Sequence record: PZ019085.1 | Source: a phage | Reading direction: 5' to 3' (one strand) | Length of the DNA: 64,000 nt | Shown here: positions 41,979 to 53,551 of the stretch, piece by piece | How the letters are laid out: each line of letters begins with the position of its first letter | Numbering within the stretch: the first letter of the stretch is position 1 | Translations under genes and position numbers: made by a program | The notes under the pieces: model-generated | Seen by the model: the letters and a program-made list of their open reading frames with translations, nothing else | Databases searched by the model: none | Told to the model about the DNA's origin: nothing

Positions 41979-42790
41979 AGCCTACTATTTTGACCGATAT
42001 TGATGGTGTATGTTTAAGTTGGCAATCTGGACTTCCTTATTTTGCCCAAAAATATAATCTTCCATTAGAACATATTTTAAAAATGATTCAGGACGAAAAA
42101 TTTATTTCTCCTGGTAAACTATTCAATACCGACGATAATCTCGGTAAACAATTAATAGAAAAATATAATCGCTCTGATTTTATTCGTTACTTAGCGCCTT
42201 ATTCGGATGCTCTTCGAGTTATCAATAAACTAAAAGAAGACTATAATTTTGTAGCCGTGACGGCACTAGGTGATTCAATTGATGCTCGATTGAATAGACA
42301 ATTTAATTTGAATGCTTTGTTCCCAGGCGCCTTTTCTGAAGTAATGATGTGTGGACATGATTCTTCAAAGGAACAATTATTCGAACTAGCTAAAACAAAA
42401 TATAACGTGATTTGTTACGTTGACGATTTAGCTCATCACTGTGACCATGCAGCAGAAATTCTTAATGTACCGATTTATTGGTTGGCTCGTGGTGAACGTG
42501 ATGATATTCCTCGCACTGCACAACGTGTACACACGTGGGATGATATTGAATCTCGTTTGGTTCCACCTGAGCATAAGTCAGATTCAGATCGTGAAGACCT
42601 TTTAAAACGATTGGCGGATTTGCTTAAAGAATCTGGTGCAACAAGTCCAGGTGCATGGCCTAATCAAATTGGCACTCCGTCGAATCCGTATACCTGGCGA
42701 ACCCCAGGACCAACCAATATGCAGCCATGGTGGACGATTCAAAACTTTCCTTTAGATTCGTCCAAATGGACTTGGTCTGTAAATTGTTAA
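41975..42790 (+). CDS. HAD-superfamily hydrolase-like protein (30.2 position)
   Basis: 271 aa; N-terminal ILTDIDGV resembles HAD motif I (DxDGx). Confidence 0.5.
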   Translation: MKPTILTDIDGVCLSWQSGLPYFAQKYNLPLEHILKMIQDEKFISPGKLFNTDDNLGKQLIEKYNRSDFIRYLAPYSDALRVINKLKEDYNFVAVTALGDSIDARLNRQFNLNALFPGAFSEVMMCGHDSSKEQLFELAKTKYNVICYVDDLAHHCDHAAEILNVPIYWLARGERDDIPRTAQRVHTWDDIESRLVPPEHKSDSDREDLLKRLADLLKESGATSPGAWPNQIGTPSNPYTWRTPGPTNMQPWWTIQNFPLDSSKWTWSVNC

Positions 42791-42799
42791 GGGTTAATT

Positions 42800-43069
42800 A
42801 TGTTTGTAGTTCATGATATTACAGATGGCAAAAACACAACGCGTGACTACGGTCACGTTAACATGTTCTTTCGAGATTGGCCAGTGTTTCGTTCAGTAAA
42901 AGACGCAGAAATATTTAAAGAGTGTGTTGAACAAGGGTTCATCTACATTTCAGAATATTATGTTGAAGGTCTAGGTAAATGGATTACCACTTATCAGAAA
43001 ACGCTGAAATCGCTTCTAGATGAAGTGGCTTATAATAGAACCGTAACCAAAATCGAGGACATCAAATGA
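42800..43069 (+). CDS. Hypothetical protein (30.1 position)
   Basis: 89-aa ORF directly upstream of ligase. Confidence 0.5.
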   Translation: MFVVHDITDGKNTTRDYGHVNMFFRDWPVFRSVKDAEIFKECVEQGFIYISEYYVEGLGKWITTYQKTLKSLLDEVAYNRTVTKIEDIK

Positions 43070-44559
43070 TTTTAGATATTTTAAACCAAATAGCTGCGAT
43101 CGGTTCTACTAAAACAAAACAAGAAATCCTTAAGAAAAATAAGGACAACAAATTACTTGAACGTGTGTATCGTTTAACATATGCACGTGGTATCCAGTAT
43201 TATATTAAGAAATGGCCGGGACCTGGTGAAAGGTCTCAAGCGTATGGACTTCTTGAATTAGATGACATGTTGGATTTTATTGAGTTCACATTAGCCACTC
43301 GTAAACTCACTGGTAATGCTGCAATTAAAGAGCTCATGGGGTATATAGCTGATGGTAAACCTGATGATGTAGAAGTCCTTCGTCGTGTAATGATGCGTGA
43401 CCTTGAAGTAGGTGCTTCAGTGTCTATCGCGAATAAGGTGTGGCCTGGACTTATTCAATTGCAACCACAGATGTTAGCATCTGCATATGACGAGAAATTG
43501 ATTACTAAAAATATTAAATGGCCTGCATTTGCCCAATTAAAAGCAGATGGTGCTCGTTGTTTCGCTGAAGTTCGCGATGATGGTGTTCAATTCTTTTCTC
43601 GTGCTGGTAACGAATACCATGGTCTTACTCTATTAGCGGATGAACTAATGGAAATGACTAAAGAAGCTCGTGAAAGACACCCTAATGGGGTTTTAATCGA
43701 TGGTGAATTAGTTTATCATTCATTCGATATTAAAAAGGCTGTGAGCTCAGGAAATGACCTGTCGTTCTTATTTGGTGATAATGAAGAATCCGAAGAAGTA
43801 CAAGTTGCAGACCGTAGCACTTCAAATGGTTTAGCAAATAAATCTCTTCAAGGGACTATTTCTCCTAAAGAAGCGGAAGGTATGGTTCTTCAAGCCTGGG
43901 ACTATGTTCCTTTAGATGAAGTCTATTCTGATGGCAAAATTAAAGGTCAGAAATACGATGTTCGTTTTGCTGCTCTTGAAAATATGGCTGAAGGCTTTAA
44001 GCGAATTGAGCCAATTGAAAATCAGTTAGTTCGTAATCTTGACGAAGCTAAAGTGGTTTATAAAAAATATGTCGACCAAGGTCTTGAAGGTATTATCCTT
44101 AAAAACCGTGATTCATATTGGGAAAACAAACGCTCTAAGAACCTAATTAAATTTAAAGAAGTTATTGATATCGCTTTAGAAGTTGTAGGATACTATGAAC
44201 ACTCTAAAGACCCTAACAAATTAGGTGGTGTCGAACTCGTATCACGTTGTCGTCGTATTACAACCGATTGTGGTTCAGGTTTTAAAGATACAACCCATAA
44301 AACAGTTGACGGTGTAAAGGTTCTTATTCCTTTAGACGAGCGTCATGATTTAGACCGTGAACGATTAATGACAGAAGCCCGTGAAGGTAAATTAATTGGA
44401 CGTATCGCTGATTGTGAATGTAATGGTTGGGTTCATTCTAAAGGCCGTGAAGGTACTGTAGGTATTTTCCTTCCAATTATTAAAGGGTTCCGTTTTGATA
44501 AAACAGAAGCGGATTCATTTGAAGACGTATTTGGACCGTGGTCCCAGACAGGTTTATAA
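43066..44559 (+). CDS. 30: ATP-dependent DNA ligase
   Basis: 497 aa (T4 487); near-identical N-terminus to T4 ligase; KADG adenylation motif. Confidence 0.95.
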   Translation: MILDILNQIAAIGSTKTKQEILKKNKDNKLLERVYRLTYARGIQYYIKKWPGPGERSQAYGLLELDDMLDFIEFTLATRKLTGNAAIKELMGYIADGKPDDVEVLRRVMMRDLEVGASVSIANKVWPGLIQLQPQMLASAYDEKLITKNIKWPAFAQLKADGARCFAEVRDDGVQFFSRAGNEYHGLTLLADELMEMTKEARERHPNGVLIDGELVYHSFDIKKAVSSGNDLSFLFGDNEESEEVQVADRSTSNGLANKSLQGTISPKEAEGMVLQAWDYVPLDEVYSDGKIKGQKYDVRFAALENMAEGFKRIEPIENQLVRNLDEAKVVYKKYVDQGLEGIILKNRDSYWENKRSKNLIKFKEVIDIALEVVGYYEHSKDPNKLGGVELVSRCRRITTDCGSGFKDTTHKTVDGVKVLIPLDERHDLDRERLMTEAREGKLIGRIADCECNGWVHSKGREGTVGIFLPIIKGFRFDKTEADSFEDVFGPWSQTGL

Positions 44560-44747
44560 TGAAAGCTTATTTAGAAACAGTAGTTGTCGCTAATAAAGAT
44601 GGTCGCAATGTTTCCACCTCTTGTTCCCAAATTGTATTAGATTTTCCTAATAATGATTCCTATCGTATTTTTATGGACAATTTTGATAAGTACGAAAAAG
44701 GCCCTAATTTTGAAGTTTATCGTACTTTGCTCCCGATTGTGGATTAA
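44559..44747 (+). CDS. Hypothetical protein
   Basis: TAATG-coupled internal ATG of ORF 44538..44747; 62 aa. Confidence 0.4.
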   Translation: MKAYLETVVVANKDGRNVSTSCSQIVLDFPNNDSYRIFMDNFDKYEKGPNFEVYRTLLPIVD

Positions 44748-44766
44748 GGGCCTTCGGGCTCTTTTT
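44748..44766 (+). terminator. Intrinsic terminator upstream of alt
   Basis: GGGCC-UUCG-GGCUC (one G-U pair) + T5. Confidence 0.6.
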
Positions 44767-44774
44767 GGCATAAA

Positions 44775-44782
44775 TATAAATT
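44775..44782 (+). promoter_or_regulatory. Possible late promoter variant (TATAAATT) upstream of alt
   Basis: One mismatch to TATAAATA; Alt is a virion protein in T4. Confidence 0.3.
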
Positions 44783-44802
44783 ATTACTAAAAGGAAAACA
44801 CT

Positions 44803-46890
44803 ATGTCCGAACAATTAAATGAAGTGTTTGAATCTGAAGGCAGTCTTCCTGTCGTCAATTTGAACCCTAAAGCTAAAGTTCCACAAGTCTGGAAAATTGG
44901 TGATATCGATACAAACATCGTAGTTCGCTTATTCTCTTACCTTTCTGAAGGCGATGCCGTAAAACAAGTTAAACTTGGCGACAAATACGCTCATGTTGTT
45001 ATTATGAGTCTATCTGAAAAGGGTAATCTCGCTGAATTGAAAAATGGCCTTGGTCCTGCTCCTATTGATGCAATCAACACCATTTTCAATACAGTATATG
45101 AACAGGTTAAAGCTCTTCGTATGGATGCAGTTCTGTTCCGATTCCCTACCAAGAAATTGAAAGGACGTGGACAGCAACTTCAAACTCTTCTTGCTCGTTT
45201 AGTTTCTACTAAAACCGGTGGTCGTTTTAAAGTATTGTCGGCAATGTATCAATTCACAGGTAAACACACCTATGTGATGATGGTTCGTAAAAATGCCAAC
45301 ATTGAAGATATTAAAGGCATCCCTAACATTAACACAGAGTTGTATACGAAAGTAGATTCTGATGTTGGCGAAGTTTATGTGAGTAAAAAGACTGGCGAAA
45401 AGGTCACCAAAGAAACGGCTATCGCTGGTTCTATTGCTGCTGTAGAAGAAAAACGTAAAGATAAGCCTGTTATTGCTCGTACTAAAATTTCTCGTCGTGC
45501 TATTGCAGCAAGTCAATCTTTAGAAGCTGACCGCCAAGAAGGTGAGTTATTCCAGAAATACGAAAATTCTGCTAAAGAAGTTAGTGGCCCAGCTACAGCC
45601 GAATTACTTCCTGAAGCATATGAAATTGTACTAGCTCAAGCATCGTCCACAGCAAAAGGCACTTTAGTTGCTGATATCGAAAATAAGATTTATAATCGTA
45701 TTGATGAATCCTTTAAATTTGCCGATGAAGTTTCTTATGGTAGTGTTATTAAGCCGACTTTAGAAAAGTTTGCTAAGAAAATTAAAACCGAAAAAACAAC
45801 ATCTGTTAAAGCATTAGCTGCTTTTGTTGAAGCTGCAAATGAAATTGCAGACTCTATTAAAGACGAATGGTTTGAAGATTTTAGACGTGATAATTTCCAA
45901 CTGCCTGACGACGTTTTAGCTGAAGTATCTGAAAGAACTTGGAAACAACGTAAATCAGCGTTCTTGTCTAACGTGATGTATACTTATGCACGAGAATCGG
46001 CTAGAGGCACCTTTAATATAACAATGAATCGCGACCCTAAACAATACTCTGTTGCTGAAAAACGAGCTATTCGTGAATATGCCTCTTCTGCGTATATCGA
46101 TATCAATAATATGTTGTTAGGTCGTTATAAACCGGATTTTTACGATGTTGCAGATGAAGATGAAGTTAAACGCGCTATTGATGGTCTTGATTCAGCGTTT
46201 TTAAATGGAGACCGTTTACCTGAAGGACTAACGTTATATAGAGCTCAGTCTATCAGAATGCCTATTTACGAAGCAATGGTTAAAAATAAGGTATTCTACT
46301 TCAGAAACTATGTTTCCACTTCACTAGCTCCTATTATTTTCGGCGGGTTTAAAGAGAACGTTGCCCTTGGACTTGCTCCTGAAGAAGTTCGCAAAGAGCT
46401 TAACATTGATAATAATGACGAAGGTGTTACTATTTCTCCTAGTCAGGTAAGAACAGCTATGCATGCACCAGAACAAATCCGTGTTAACGTTGGATGGGCC
46501 ATTGATGGCGCCCATAAAGTTAACGTGATTTATCCAGGACAGTTGAGTAATCACCCTAATGAGCAAGAAATTATTTTGCCTAGAGGCATTCTCTTGCAGA
46601 TAAATAAAATTACAGATGCGTCGTCTGACACTGGTGCAGGTTTAGAATCCAACCTTAAATTTATTCAAGCTGAAGTCATGTCCTCGGACCAGTTGGACGA
46701 AGCTGTCATTTACGATGGCGATGTTCTCATGGAAACAGGCGAGGTGATTGCTATGACGGGTGAAATCGAATCAGATGAGCCGATATCGTTCTCCTCATTT
46801 GTAGAAAAAACTAGTGCACCTAAAGGTTTGAAATTGTTAGCATCTTTAATGGATTTAGAATCAGTTCCGTTTAAATTTGTCCAAGGATAG
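44803..46890 (+). CDS. alt: ADP-ribosyltransferase Alt (packaged into virion)
   Basis: 695 aa (T4 682); similarity incl. …KISRRAIA.SQSLE…; position between ligase and gene 54. Confidence 0.8.
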   Translation: MSEQLNEVFESEGSLPVVNLNPKAKVPQVWKIGDIDTNIVVRLFSYLSEGDAVKQVKLGDKYAHVVIMSLSEKGNLAELKNGLGPAPIDAINTIFNTVYEQVKALRMDAVLFRFPTKKLKGRGQQLQTLLARLVSTKTGGRFKVLSAMYQFTGKHTYVMMVRKNANIEDIKGIPNINTELYTKVDSDVGEVYVSKKTGEKVTKETAIAGSIAAVEEKRKDKPVIARTKISRRAIAASQSLEADRQEGELFQKYENSAKEVSGPATAELLPEAYEIVLAQASSTAKGTLVADIENKIYNRIDESFKFADEVSYGSVIKPTLEKFAKKIKTEKTTSVKALAAFVEAANEIADSIKDEWFEDFRRDNFQLPDDVLAEVSERTWKQRKSAFLSNVMYTYARESARGTFNITMNRDPKQYSVAEKRAIREYASSAYIDINNMLLGRYKPDFYDVADEDEVKRAIDGLDSAFLNGDRLPEGLTLYRAQSIRMPIYEAMVKNKVFYFRNYVSTSLAPIIFGGFKENVALGLAPEEVRKELNIDNNDEGVTISPSQVRTAMHAPEQIRVNVGWAIDGAHKVNVIYPGQLSNHPNEQEIILPRGILLQINKITDASSDTGAGLESNLKFIQAEVMSSDQLDEAVIYDGDVLMETGEVIAMTGEIESDEPISFSSFVEKTSAPKGLKLLASLMDLESVPFKFVQG

Positions 46891-46919
46891 TTTACAAACA
46901 CATGGATGTGTGATACTAT
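46890..46919 (+). promoter_or_regulatory. T4-type early promoter
   Basis: GTTTAC 46890-46895; TACTAT 46914-46919. Confidence 0.65.
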
Positions 46920-46948
46920 CATCCTATCAACAACATGAGGAAAACGTT

Positions 46949-47242
46949 ATGAAATCTATGCTTCGCTTTAATGGTCAAGAACTACTAGTTGAAGATGTTA
47001 TCCCAGCGGATGATGCTTTTAACGAAGCTGTGATTGACGAATTGAATCGAGTATTCCCAGGTGCATTCCATATTGCTATGGAACCTCTTAAAAACTTTCG
47101 TGACCCTGAGCACACTGATCAAATTTTTGTCGGTGTGGTGACAGGTCATTTAGAAACAGAGGTACCAATGGTCGTATTAGTTAAATACTCTAAAGATGAT
47201 ACTCCATTCCGAGCACCAGCATTCCTTTCATTCCGTAAATAA
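46949..47242 (+). CDS. Hypothetical protein
   Basis: Internal ATG 46949 (SD GAGGAAA) downstream of early promoter 46890..46919; 97 aa. Confidence 0.5.
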   Translation: MKSMLRFNGQELLVEDVIPADDAFNEAVIDELNRVFPGAFHIAMEPLKNFRDPEHTDQIFVGVVTGHLETEVPMVVLVKYSKDDTPFRAPAFLSFRK

Positions 47243-47251
47243 ACCCCTAAA

Positions 47252-47273
47252 GGGAGACGTTGTCTCCCTTTTT
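47252..47273. terminator. Bidirectional terminator between convergent ORF 46949..47242 and gene 54
   Basis: GGGAGAC-gtt-GTCTCCC followed by T5; T-rich on both sides. Confidence 0.7.
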
Positions 47274-47274
47274 C

Positions 47275-48237
47275 TTATAGTCCTAAAACTCTTGACGTAG
47301 AATTCACCACACCTGTCAATGTGTTTATATTAGACACACCTCCAGCAGTCCCACCTAATCTAGAAAGTCTTGATACTGCACTTCCTAGACCAGAATCATT
47401 CTGGTTATTTCCAAACATTCCTGAAACACTACTAATAAGTCCTGATTCCAGCCATTCTAAAGCAGCCTGTCTATTTACAGCACCTGATTGCATAACGCGA
47501 TAAGCAAATGTTACATCAAAAACTGTTATCTGATTATCACCATCATACGTTAACTCAGGAGAAGAGACACTAACAGGAATACATCCGGTGAACATGACAG
47601 CGGTATGTGGTAAACCATTTCGTGCATGTAAATTAACCTGAATATCTGCTTCAACGTCTTGTGGTAAAGCACGAAGACCTGTTACAGGGTCTTGGACTGA
47701 GTTTACCCAGTCTTGCATTGCTCTAAAGTTAGATGCTTCAGAATCCATTCTAAAGCTTATTACTAACGGGTCCATTTCACGACCGGTAATTCGGATGTTC
47801 GGTGAGTTATAGTTGAAATCCGTTTCATAAGATAATCGGTTCTCAGGCATTTTTACAGAATAAATCATTAAACCTGTATTATTATATGCCATATTGAAGA
47901 AGTCTATCAGATAAGCTCCTACTGTGAACTCACCTAACAAGCTTTGTACCGTACGTTGACTCATTGCTCCAATCAGATATTTACTTACACCTGATTTTCG
48001 AATTAATTTCTGTGTTCCTGCTGTAATCAGGGTTGTTACGCCCTGATTGATATCACCTTGAGTCAATCCTAACCAATCAGAATTCAACCCTAAGTTATTA
48101 TAAGCAAAACTACCAATTGACGAAATTAGTGAAGATGATTTAGTCGATGGTGTAGTAGCAAATACACAACTAAACATATTGTTTCGTTGGAAATCTGCAT
48201 TTATAGCTTGGTTATTAAATTCTTCTAAAGAGTACAT
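47275..48237 (-). CDS. 54: Baseplate tail-tube initiator gp54
   Basis: 320 aa (T4 320); synteny. Confidence 0.8.
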   Translation of the reverse strand: MYSLEEFNNQAINADFQRNNMFSCVFATTPSTKSSSLISSIGSFAYNNLGLNSDWLGLTQGDINQGVTTLITAGTQKLIRKSGVSKYLIGAMSQRTVQSLLGEFTVGAYLIDFFNMAYNNTGLMIYSVKMPENRLSYETDFNYNSPNIRITGREMDPLVISFRMDSEASNFRAMQDWVNSVQDPVTGLRALPQDVEADIQVNLHARNGLPHTAVMFTGCIPVSVSSPELTYDGDNQITVFDVTFAYRVMQSGAVNRQAALEWLESGLISSVSGMFGNNQNDSGLGSAVSRLSRLGGTAGGVSNINTLTGVVNSTSRVLGL

Positions 48238-49346
48238 TAGAAAGTCCCCGCATAAAGTGAAGAACGGTTTAATGTAATAATTTCTCTCATTGTTATCTCT
48301 AACGTAAATGTTGATGGTAAGTTAGGAGCAACAGCGAGACCATTAAATTGTCCATTTGGAGTTTTATCAAAACGTACGCTTTGAATTTGACATGGGCCAA
48401 ATACGTCAGTTAATCCATCAAATTTAGACGTATAACCAAAGTTTTTAACCATCCAAATTGTAGGGTTGCTTACAACTAATACGTTTGTTAATGACGCAGT
48501 AATCTTTTCAAACAATGTCTTATTTTTTACCGCATCGTCTGGTGTCATAGGCTCAATAAACGTTGAACGGTACCATTCGTCTAAATAACTTTTAATCTCT
48601 TGGGCGTACTGTGATTTACCAGTCTCACCATAAGAGAAATAGTTAAAATACTGGTAAATGTTTATAATAGCCATAAGGTCTTCAGTCGAACGTGGAGTTA
48701 AATCCCATGTAAAGACTTTAGTACGGTTCTCAGCACCGCCATACATACTACGAGAAGTCGTATAAATCTGTTCGTTGTTATCAGCCATAAGCCCTTGAGT
48801 AATAGAATCTAATGCACCAAAAACTGCAGTAGAAGCAATGTTACTTAAAACACCTGTAGCAGTACCTCCACCTTTAGTAATAAGGCTATCACCGATATCA
48901 TTAAAACGATGTGAAGTTGTATCAACGTCAGATTTGGAACGTGGCAAAAGTATATTAGCAACAGGAGTTTTATTTATAGTAGGTTTATTAGCTCCAGCAG
49001 GAAGCAATCCGTTTGAGAATTTAGTCACTGCATCTTTCACATTATCAGTTAAATCTGATATGATACCATTAGATGAAGTGCCGGCGTATGCCGGACGTAA
49101 ATTCCTGAGGGATCCTGAATCGCGTGCAGACATATTGTACGCGGTAAATAATAATCCATTCTTATAAAGGTCTGTTACCTGGAAGTCTCCTGTGGAGTCA
49201 TTTCCGGCTGCTCTTCCTGTAGGAAATTGAGCAACATAAGTTTTAGTAGTTGTTTCGGTTTTAGTGCTTTGCCCGGCACTTTCTGAGACTGGGATTGCTT
49301 TATTTAAATCCTTTGCATCTACTACTATTTCTTTTACACTAATCAT
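48237..49346 (-). CDS. 48: Baseplate tail-tube junction protein gp48
   Basis: 369 aa (T4 364); synteny. Confidence 0.8.
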   Translation of the reverse strand: MISVKEIVVDAKDLNKAIPVSESAGQSTKTETTTKTYVAQFPTGRAAGNDSTGDFQVTDLYKNGLLFTAYNMSARDSGSLRNLRPAYAGTSSNGIISDLTDNVKDAVTKFSNGLLPAGANKPTINKTPVANILLPRSKSDVDTTSHRFNDIGDSLITKGGGTATGVLSNIASTAVFGALDSITQGLMADNNEQIYTTSRSMYGGAENRTKVFTWDLTPRSTEDLMAIINIYQYFNYFSYGETGKSQYAQEIKSYLDEWYRSTFIEPMTPDDAVKNKTLFEKITASLTNVLVVSNPTIWMVKNFGYTSKFDGLTDVFGPCQIQSVRFDKTPNGQFNGLAVAPNLPSTFTLEITMREIITLNRSSLYAGTF

Positions 49347-49354
49347 AATAATCC

Positions 49355-51127
49355 TTAATTAACACCGGTGGCATGGAAAATTCCAGGAGCCGTTGTACTT
49401 GTTACAGGGGTCATATTCTGGACTACGGTATTCTTTTTGACGACATTATTTGTGTTACTAATCGCCGCTACCGGTTGCTGTTGTTTAGATTCAGACGCAC
49501 GTCCTTTCTCTATTGACTGAACTTGTTTTGCTTCTGGAGATTTAGTCGAAGATTCAGGCTTAACTGTCGTCTGAGCCTTTTTGGCTTCAGCCATTTTATT
49601 ATTTAGCTTTTCAAATCTAGCATCTAATTCCTTTTTAACAACAGGAGTTTTATTAAGTTCAGGGTCTTTAATAAGTTTACTTAAATCAGCATAAGACTTC
49701 TCGACGTTTTTAGCATTTTCTGGATTAGTCATATCGATTTTATCGATATAATCCTCAAATCTAACCAGTGCCGCACGAGTTTCATTAGCTTTTATATACG
49801 CCTCTTTACGCTCCTCTTCAGGTAACTCTTTTAATTTTGCTGATTCAGCAGCACGCTCATCGCTTGTACTAAACTCTTCTTTATTGTCATTACCACGAAC
49901 CCAGTTAGTAACAAATGTTTTGCCGCGTTGTAACATATCAAGACCTTTAGAAACGGTTCCTAATTCCCCATCGTCACGCTTCATTTGATATTTAGCGACT
50001 TTCTCTTGGTCTTCTTTCTTTAATTTGTTCCCGGTAGTTTCTTGGAATCCTTCCAAAGCACGTCCTTCTATTTCGTCCGCGGTATCACCAAAACCTATAG
50101 CACGCAATATAGACGCGGAGAGTTTAGCCATTCCTAATTGAATTAGTTCACCTAAGTTCATTAATGCTGTTCCTACACCTTTGACAATAGCAACGGTTAA
50201 ACCACCCCAGTCTCCGGCTTCCCACAATTGTTTTATCGAGTCAATAGAAGTGAATATATCACTTAAGAATTTACCCCACTCTTTAGCTTCATCGGAGAAC
50301 TTAGTAAAGTTTTCATCAAATAAATCCCAGGCAGAAGTGAACTTGTCTGTCCAATATTTGAAATGGACTATCAATAAATCAATACCGATAACAATACCAA
50401 GAATAAGTGCGGCCATTTTTGCTGCTTCAATAGCAGCCGTTATAGTGTATTTGAAAAGCATTCCAGCAATTCTGTCTGAAATTGATATTGATTTATTAAA
50501 CCCGGTTTGAACTGTTTTGGTGAGCATTGCAATTTTATCGCTCAATTTAAAGCTAATTCCACCTTTAGAATCGGAAGTAGAATTAGCACTTTCTTGAACC
50601 GGGGCTGGGAAGAAATCTTCGTCTGGTTTATTATCAATCTTTTCAGGCGTAGGTAATGCTTTAAACAGCTCGTCAGAAGTTTCATTCTCAACCACTTTAA
50701 CAGGTATTGCGTTCTCAATTACTTCAAGAGAGGTGCCTCCTGTATTTTGAATAGCGGTAGATGTTTGTAATTTTTGCTCTAATAATGTAGCTAATCGGTC
50801 TAACTTAGAGCTTATTGCACTAGAAACTTCATTTATACTTTTAGTGACTTCAGTTTGTTTTTCAATAACTTCTGCGATAAGCTCTGTGCCTTCAGCAGTA
50901 TTATCTGTCGAATTCCTTAAGTCTCCAATTGATTCAATAATTCCATTGCCTTTATCTTCTACACTTTGTGACGTGAGTTCAGACGCGGCTTGGACATCGT
51001 CTAGTTTTGATGAAATGTCATTCAATGCTTCTAATGAATCAGTAGCTGCTGTTGCAGCTACTTTTTGTGGTTTATTATCGGCAATGACCTTATTTCTACG
51101 CATGGATTTCATTTCTTCAGGTTTCAT
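49355..51127 (-). CDS. 29: Tape measure / baseplate hub protein gp29
   Basis: 590 aa (T4 590); synteny. Confidence 0.8.
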   Translation of the reverse strand: MKPEEMKSMRRNKVIADNKPQKVAATAATDSLEALNDISSKLDDVQAASELTSQSVEDKGNGIIESIGDLRNSTDNTAEGTELIAEVIEKQTEVTKSINEVSSAISSKLDRLATLLEQKLQTSTAIQNTGGTSLEVIENAIPVKVVENETSDELFKALPTPEKIDNKPDEDFFPAPVQESANSTSDSKGGISFKLSDKIAMLTKTVQTGFNKSISISDRIAGMLFKYTITAAIEAAKMAALILGIVIGIDLLIVHFKYWTDKFTSAWDLFDENFTKFSDEAKEWGKFLSDIFTSIDSIKQLWEAGDWGGLTVAIVKGVGTALMNLGELIQLGMAKLSASILRAIGFGDTADEIEGRALEGFQETTGNKLKKEDQEKVAKYQMKRDDGELGTVSKGLDMLQRGKTFVTNWVRGNDNKEEFSTSDERAAESAKLKELPEEERKEAYIKANETRAALVRFEDYIDKIDMTNPENAKNVEKSYADLSKLIKDPELNKTPVVKKELDARFEKLNNKMAEAKKAQTTVKPESSTKSPEAKQVQSIEKGRASESKQQQPVAAISNTNNVVKKNTVVQNMTPVTSTTAPGIFHATGVN

Positions 51128-51657
51128 TCAAGCAATCCAATAATTTCTGCTATACCCTTAATAGGGCCATTAGGGCCTGGAATAGCAATAGTTGTCGAAA
51201 GGTCTTCTGCCCATTTGATTACAAAAGCAGGCATCTCAAGGAAAGAAATTTCTTTCTCTTCGTCATTAACTTTTATTAAGCAATTTGATAGCATTTCACT
51301 GATTGTAGCGAATTGTTCAAATTTGCCTGGGGGTCTAAAATAAAAAGTATTGCCTTGGAATTGGAATTCTGTTCGTTGGCATACATAGACGTCATCTAGT
51401 TTATAAGTGAATCCGTCTTTTTCAACTTCAGACTTAAGTTTGTTATTAAATTCCAATATGTGTAGACATGCAAAATCAAAATCTGCGGGACTCATATTTT
51501 TACAAATAGAATCAGCTAAGATTTTCATGTTTTCATCAGGACCTTTAACGTCCTTTAAAAGATTATAATGTTTGAGCCCTAATTTGGGAATCATTACCTT
51601 TTTATTAGACTGTGGTAGAATTATTTTCTTTAGAGGTAGAATCAGATTTAAGTTCAT
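51124..51657 (-). CDS. 28: Baseplate hub distal subunit gp28
   Basis: 177 aa (T4 177); overlaps 3' end of gene 27. Confidence 0.75.
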   Translation of the reverse strand: MNLNLILPLKKIILPQSNKKVMIPKLGLKHYNLLKDVKGPDENMKILADSICKNMSPADFDFACLHILEFNNKLKSEVEKDGFTYKLDDVYVCQRTEFQFQGNTFYFRPPGKFEQFATISEMLSNCLIKVNDEEKEISFLEMPAFVIKWAEDLSTTIAIPGPNGPIKGIAEIIGLLE

Positions 51658-52777
51658 TTTTAACCTTAACTGGGTTAACAGGTTCTAACACCATTGAGTT
51701 GGTAAACATGTACAGATGAGTTTGTGAGTTGTTATTTGATAACTCATGAATAACTTCATCGACGTAAAATTCGGATTTGAATTGGTTCTTTTGGTCAACA
51801 AATATAATTTTGGTAGCAGGCGTTATGTTAAAATTACCTGTAGTAGTGCATTTAGCATATCCATCGTATTGAGCCATTGTCTGAAGACGACTTGCTTCTT
51901 CAAATCCATTACGATAGGTCATTTCGGAATATCCACCAGATCTTGACACAAGAATAGCATTATCACCATCACCTGTAACAATAACCGGAATAGATGTATC
52001 TAAAAATGAATGAGCGAATATCGTGGCGTTTTTAATAGGGTCTCTTGTAAATTGGTTAGCTTTAGTCATCCAGGTGAAATCCCATACTAATGGATACTCA
52101 AGCTCTTGAATATACTGACCTACAGTATTTGGCTCACCTACAATCATCTTAATGCCTTCCTGACCAATAAGAGTATCATAGTCAATCATGTTTACGCCTA
52201 AAATATCTTGCCATACGAATACGAACTTATCACTCGCTGTAGCAAGTCCTAATTCTCTGACATATGCCAAATAATCATCAAATGTGCTTGTCCAAGGGAT
52301 ATCAGGAACATAAGCATTAATAGTGTTTATTGGCGGAGTAATTAACGTACGGTCTTTATATATGACACCTAACATTTCACGTATAGATTCTCCTGCGTCT
52401 GAAAAGAATGGTCGCCCAAATTTAAGGTTCTCTATAGAATGTATTGTTCCAAGCTCAATTGCAATAATATTGTCACCTTTTGAGTCCACAGACACAGAAT
52501 AATGTCTACATCCGTAAATTCGAGTTCTAACTTGGAGAGGCGTGTTTGAATTTGAAACAGAGATTTGGACTATCTGTCTACCGTCCATTTTAGTGTGGAG
52601 GTTTTTAGTGTCATAAAATTGAAGAATCCCTTCATTTCTTCCATATAGCGAATCTCGCATGGTTAAAGTTGTTATTGTTGCTGCGAGTTCAACGTATCTA
52701 TTTTCTTGCCAAGCCGAATAATCTTGGTATAATTTAACGCTTAAGTTAGGATATCCTGGACGTTGGAATACTGTCAT
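51605..52777 (-). CDS. 27: Baseplate hub subunit gp27
   Basis: 390 aa (T4 391); synteny. Confidence 0.8.
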   Translation of the reverse strand: MTVFQRPGYPNLSVKLYQDYSAWQENRYVELAATITTLTMRDSLYGRNEGILQFYDTKNLHTKMDGRQIVQISVSNSNTPLQVRTRIYGCRHYSVSVDSKGDNIIAIELGTIHSIENLKFGRPFFSDAGESIREMLGVIYKDRTLITPPINTINAYVPDIPWTSTFDDYLAYVRELGLATASDKFVFVWQDILGVNMIDYDTLIGQEGIKMIVGEPNTVGQYIQELEYPLVWDFTWMTKANQFTRDPIKNATIFAHSFLDTSIPVIVTGDGDNAILVSRSGGYSEMTYRNGFEEASRLQTMAQYDGYAKCTTTGNFNITPATKIIFVDQKNQFKSEFYVDEVIHELSNNNSQTHLYMFTNSMVLEPVNPVKVKNELKSDSTSKENNSTTV

Positions 52778-53526
52778 TTTTTATGGTCCTTTTCTACTAA
52801 TGTTAAAGCAATACCACGTTCAACAGGAATCATTTGCATAATAGAATCCAATGTGTATTGACTCTTTACTAGTGAATGGTTTATCTGATAGAATGTAAAA
52901 ATCTCATCAGGGTTAACTAACAATTTAAAAACCTCTAAGATATCAGTATATGTTTTAACATGACGTTCACAACAACCTAATCTAAGGGTCAAATTAATAG
53001 GATTCATAGAAGCAATAACCTTCTCGAGCGAGTCAATGTCTATTGCTTCTATTACTTGGATTTGGTTCTCTTCAGTCAAATCGTTCCATGGGTACCATTC
53101 ATCATTATAATATATTTCTTTTATGTTTTCACTTATCATTAATGCTTTATTATCATAAAACTTTTCAGGGAAAGAAAAACGTATTTTTATACCAGCAACA
53201 TCAAGTTCAGGTTCGACTAGTTCTTTTTGATATATCTCAAATGGTGCAGTTTTTTCTTTAGAGCATTTAGGGCAAGTGAAAATAACGGGAACTTTTGTTT
53301 TGCCTATAGAGCCTGCAAAAACTTGCAGGAATATAAATGGTTGCCATGTTTTAGGGTACTCGCCAAAATAATCATCAATCAGATCGGCAATTATTTCTTT
53401 TTGTTCTCGCGGCGAACGATGTTCGATATCATTTCTAACTAGTAAAAAGTCTCTATAATCCGCCACAGTGAACGGCTTAAAACGATGAACACCATCCGGT
53501 AATTTACAACGAATTATATTAGCCAT
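52774..53526 (-). CDS. 51: Baseplate hub assembly protein gp51
   Basis: 250 aa (T4 249); synteny. Confidence 0.75.
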   Translation of the reverse strand: MANIIRCKLPDGVHRFKPFTVADYRDFLLVRNDIEHRSPREQKEIIADLIDDYFGEYPKTWQPFIFLQVFAGSIGKTKVPVIFTCPKCSKEKTAPFEIYQKELVEPELDVAGIKIRFSFPEKFYDNKALMISENIKEIYYNDEWYPWNDLTEENQIQVIEAIDIDSLEKVIASMNPINLTLRLGCCERHVKTYTDILEVFKLLVNPDEIFTFYQINHSLVKSQYTLDSIMQMIPVERGIALTLVEKDHKK

Positions 53527-53543
53527 AATTACTCCTTTTCTAT

Positions 53544-53551
53544 TATTTATA
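53544..53551 (-). promoter_or_regulatory. Late promoter (TATAAATA) for gene 51
   Basis: Reverse complement of TATTTATA. Confidence 0.6.
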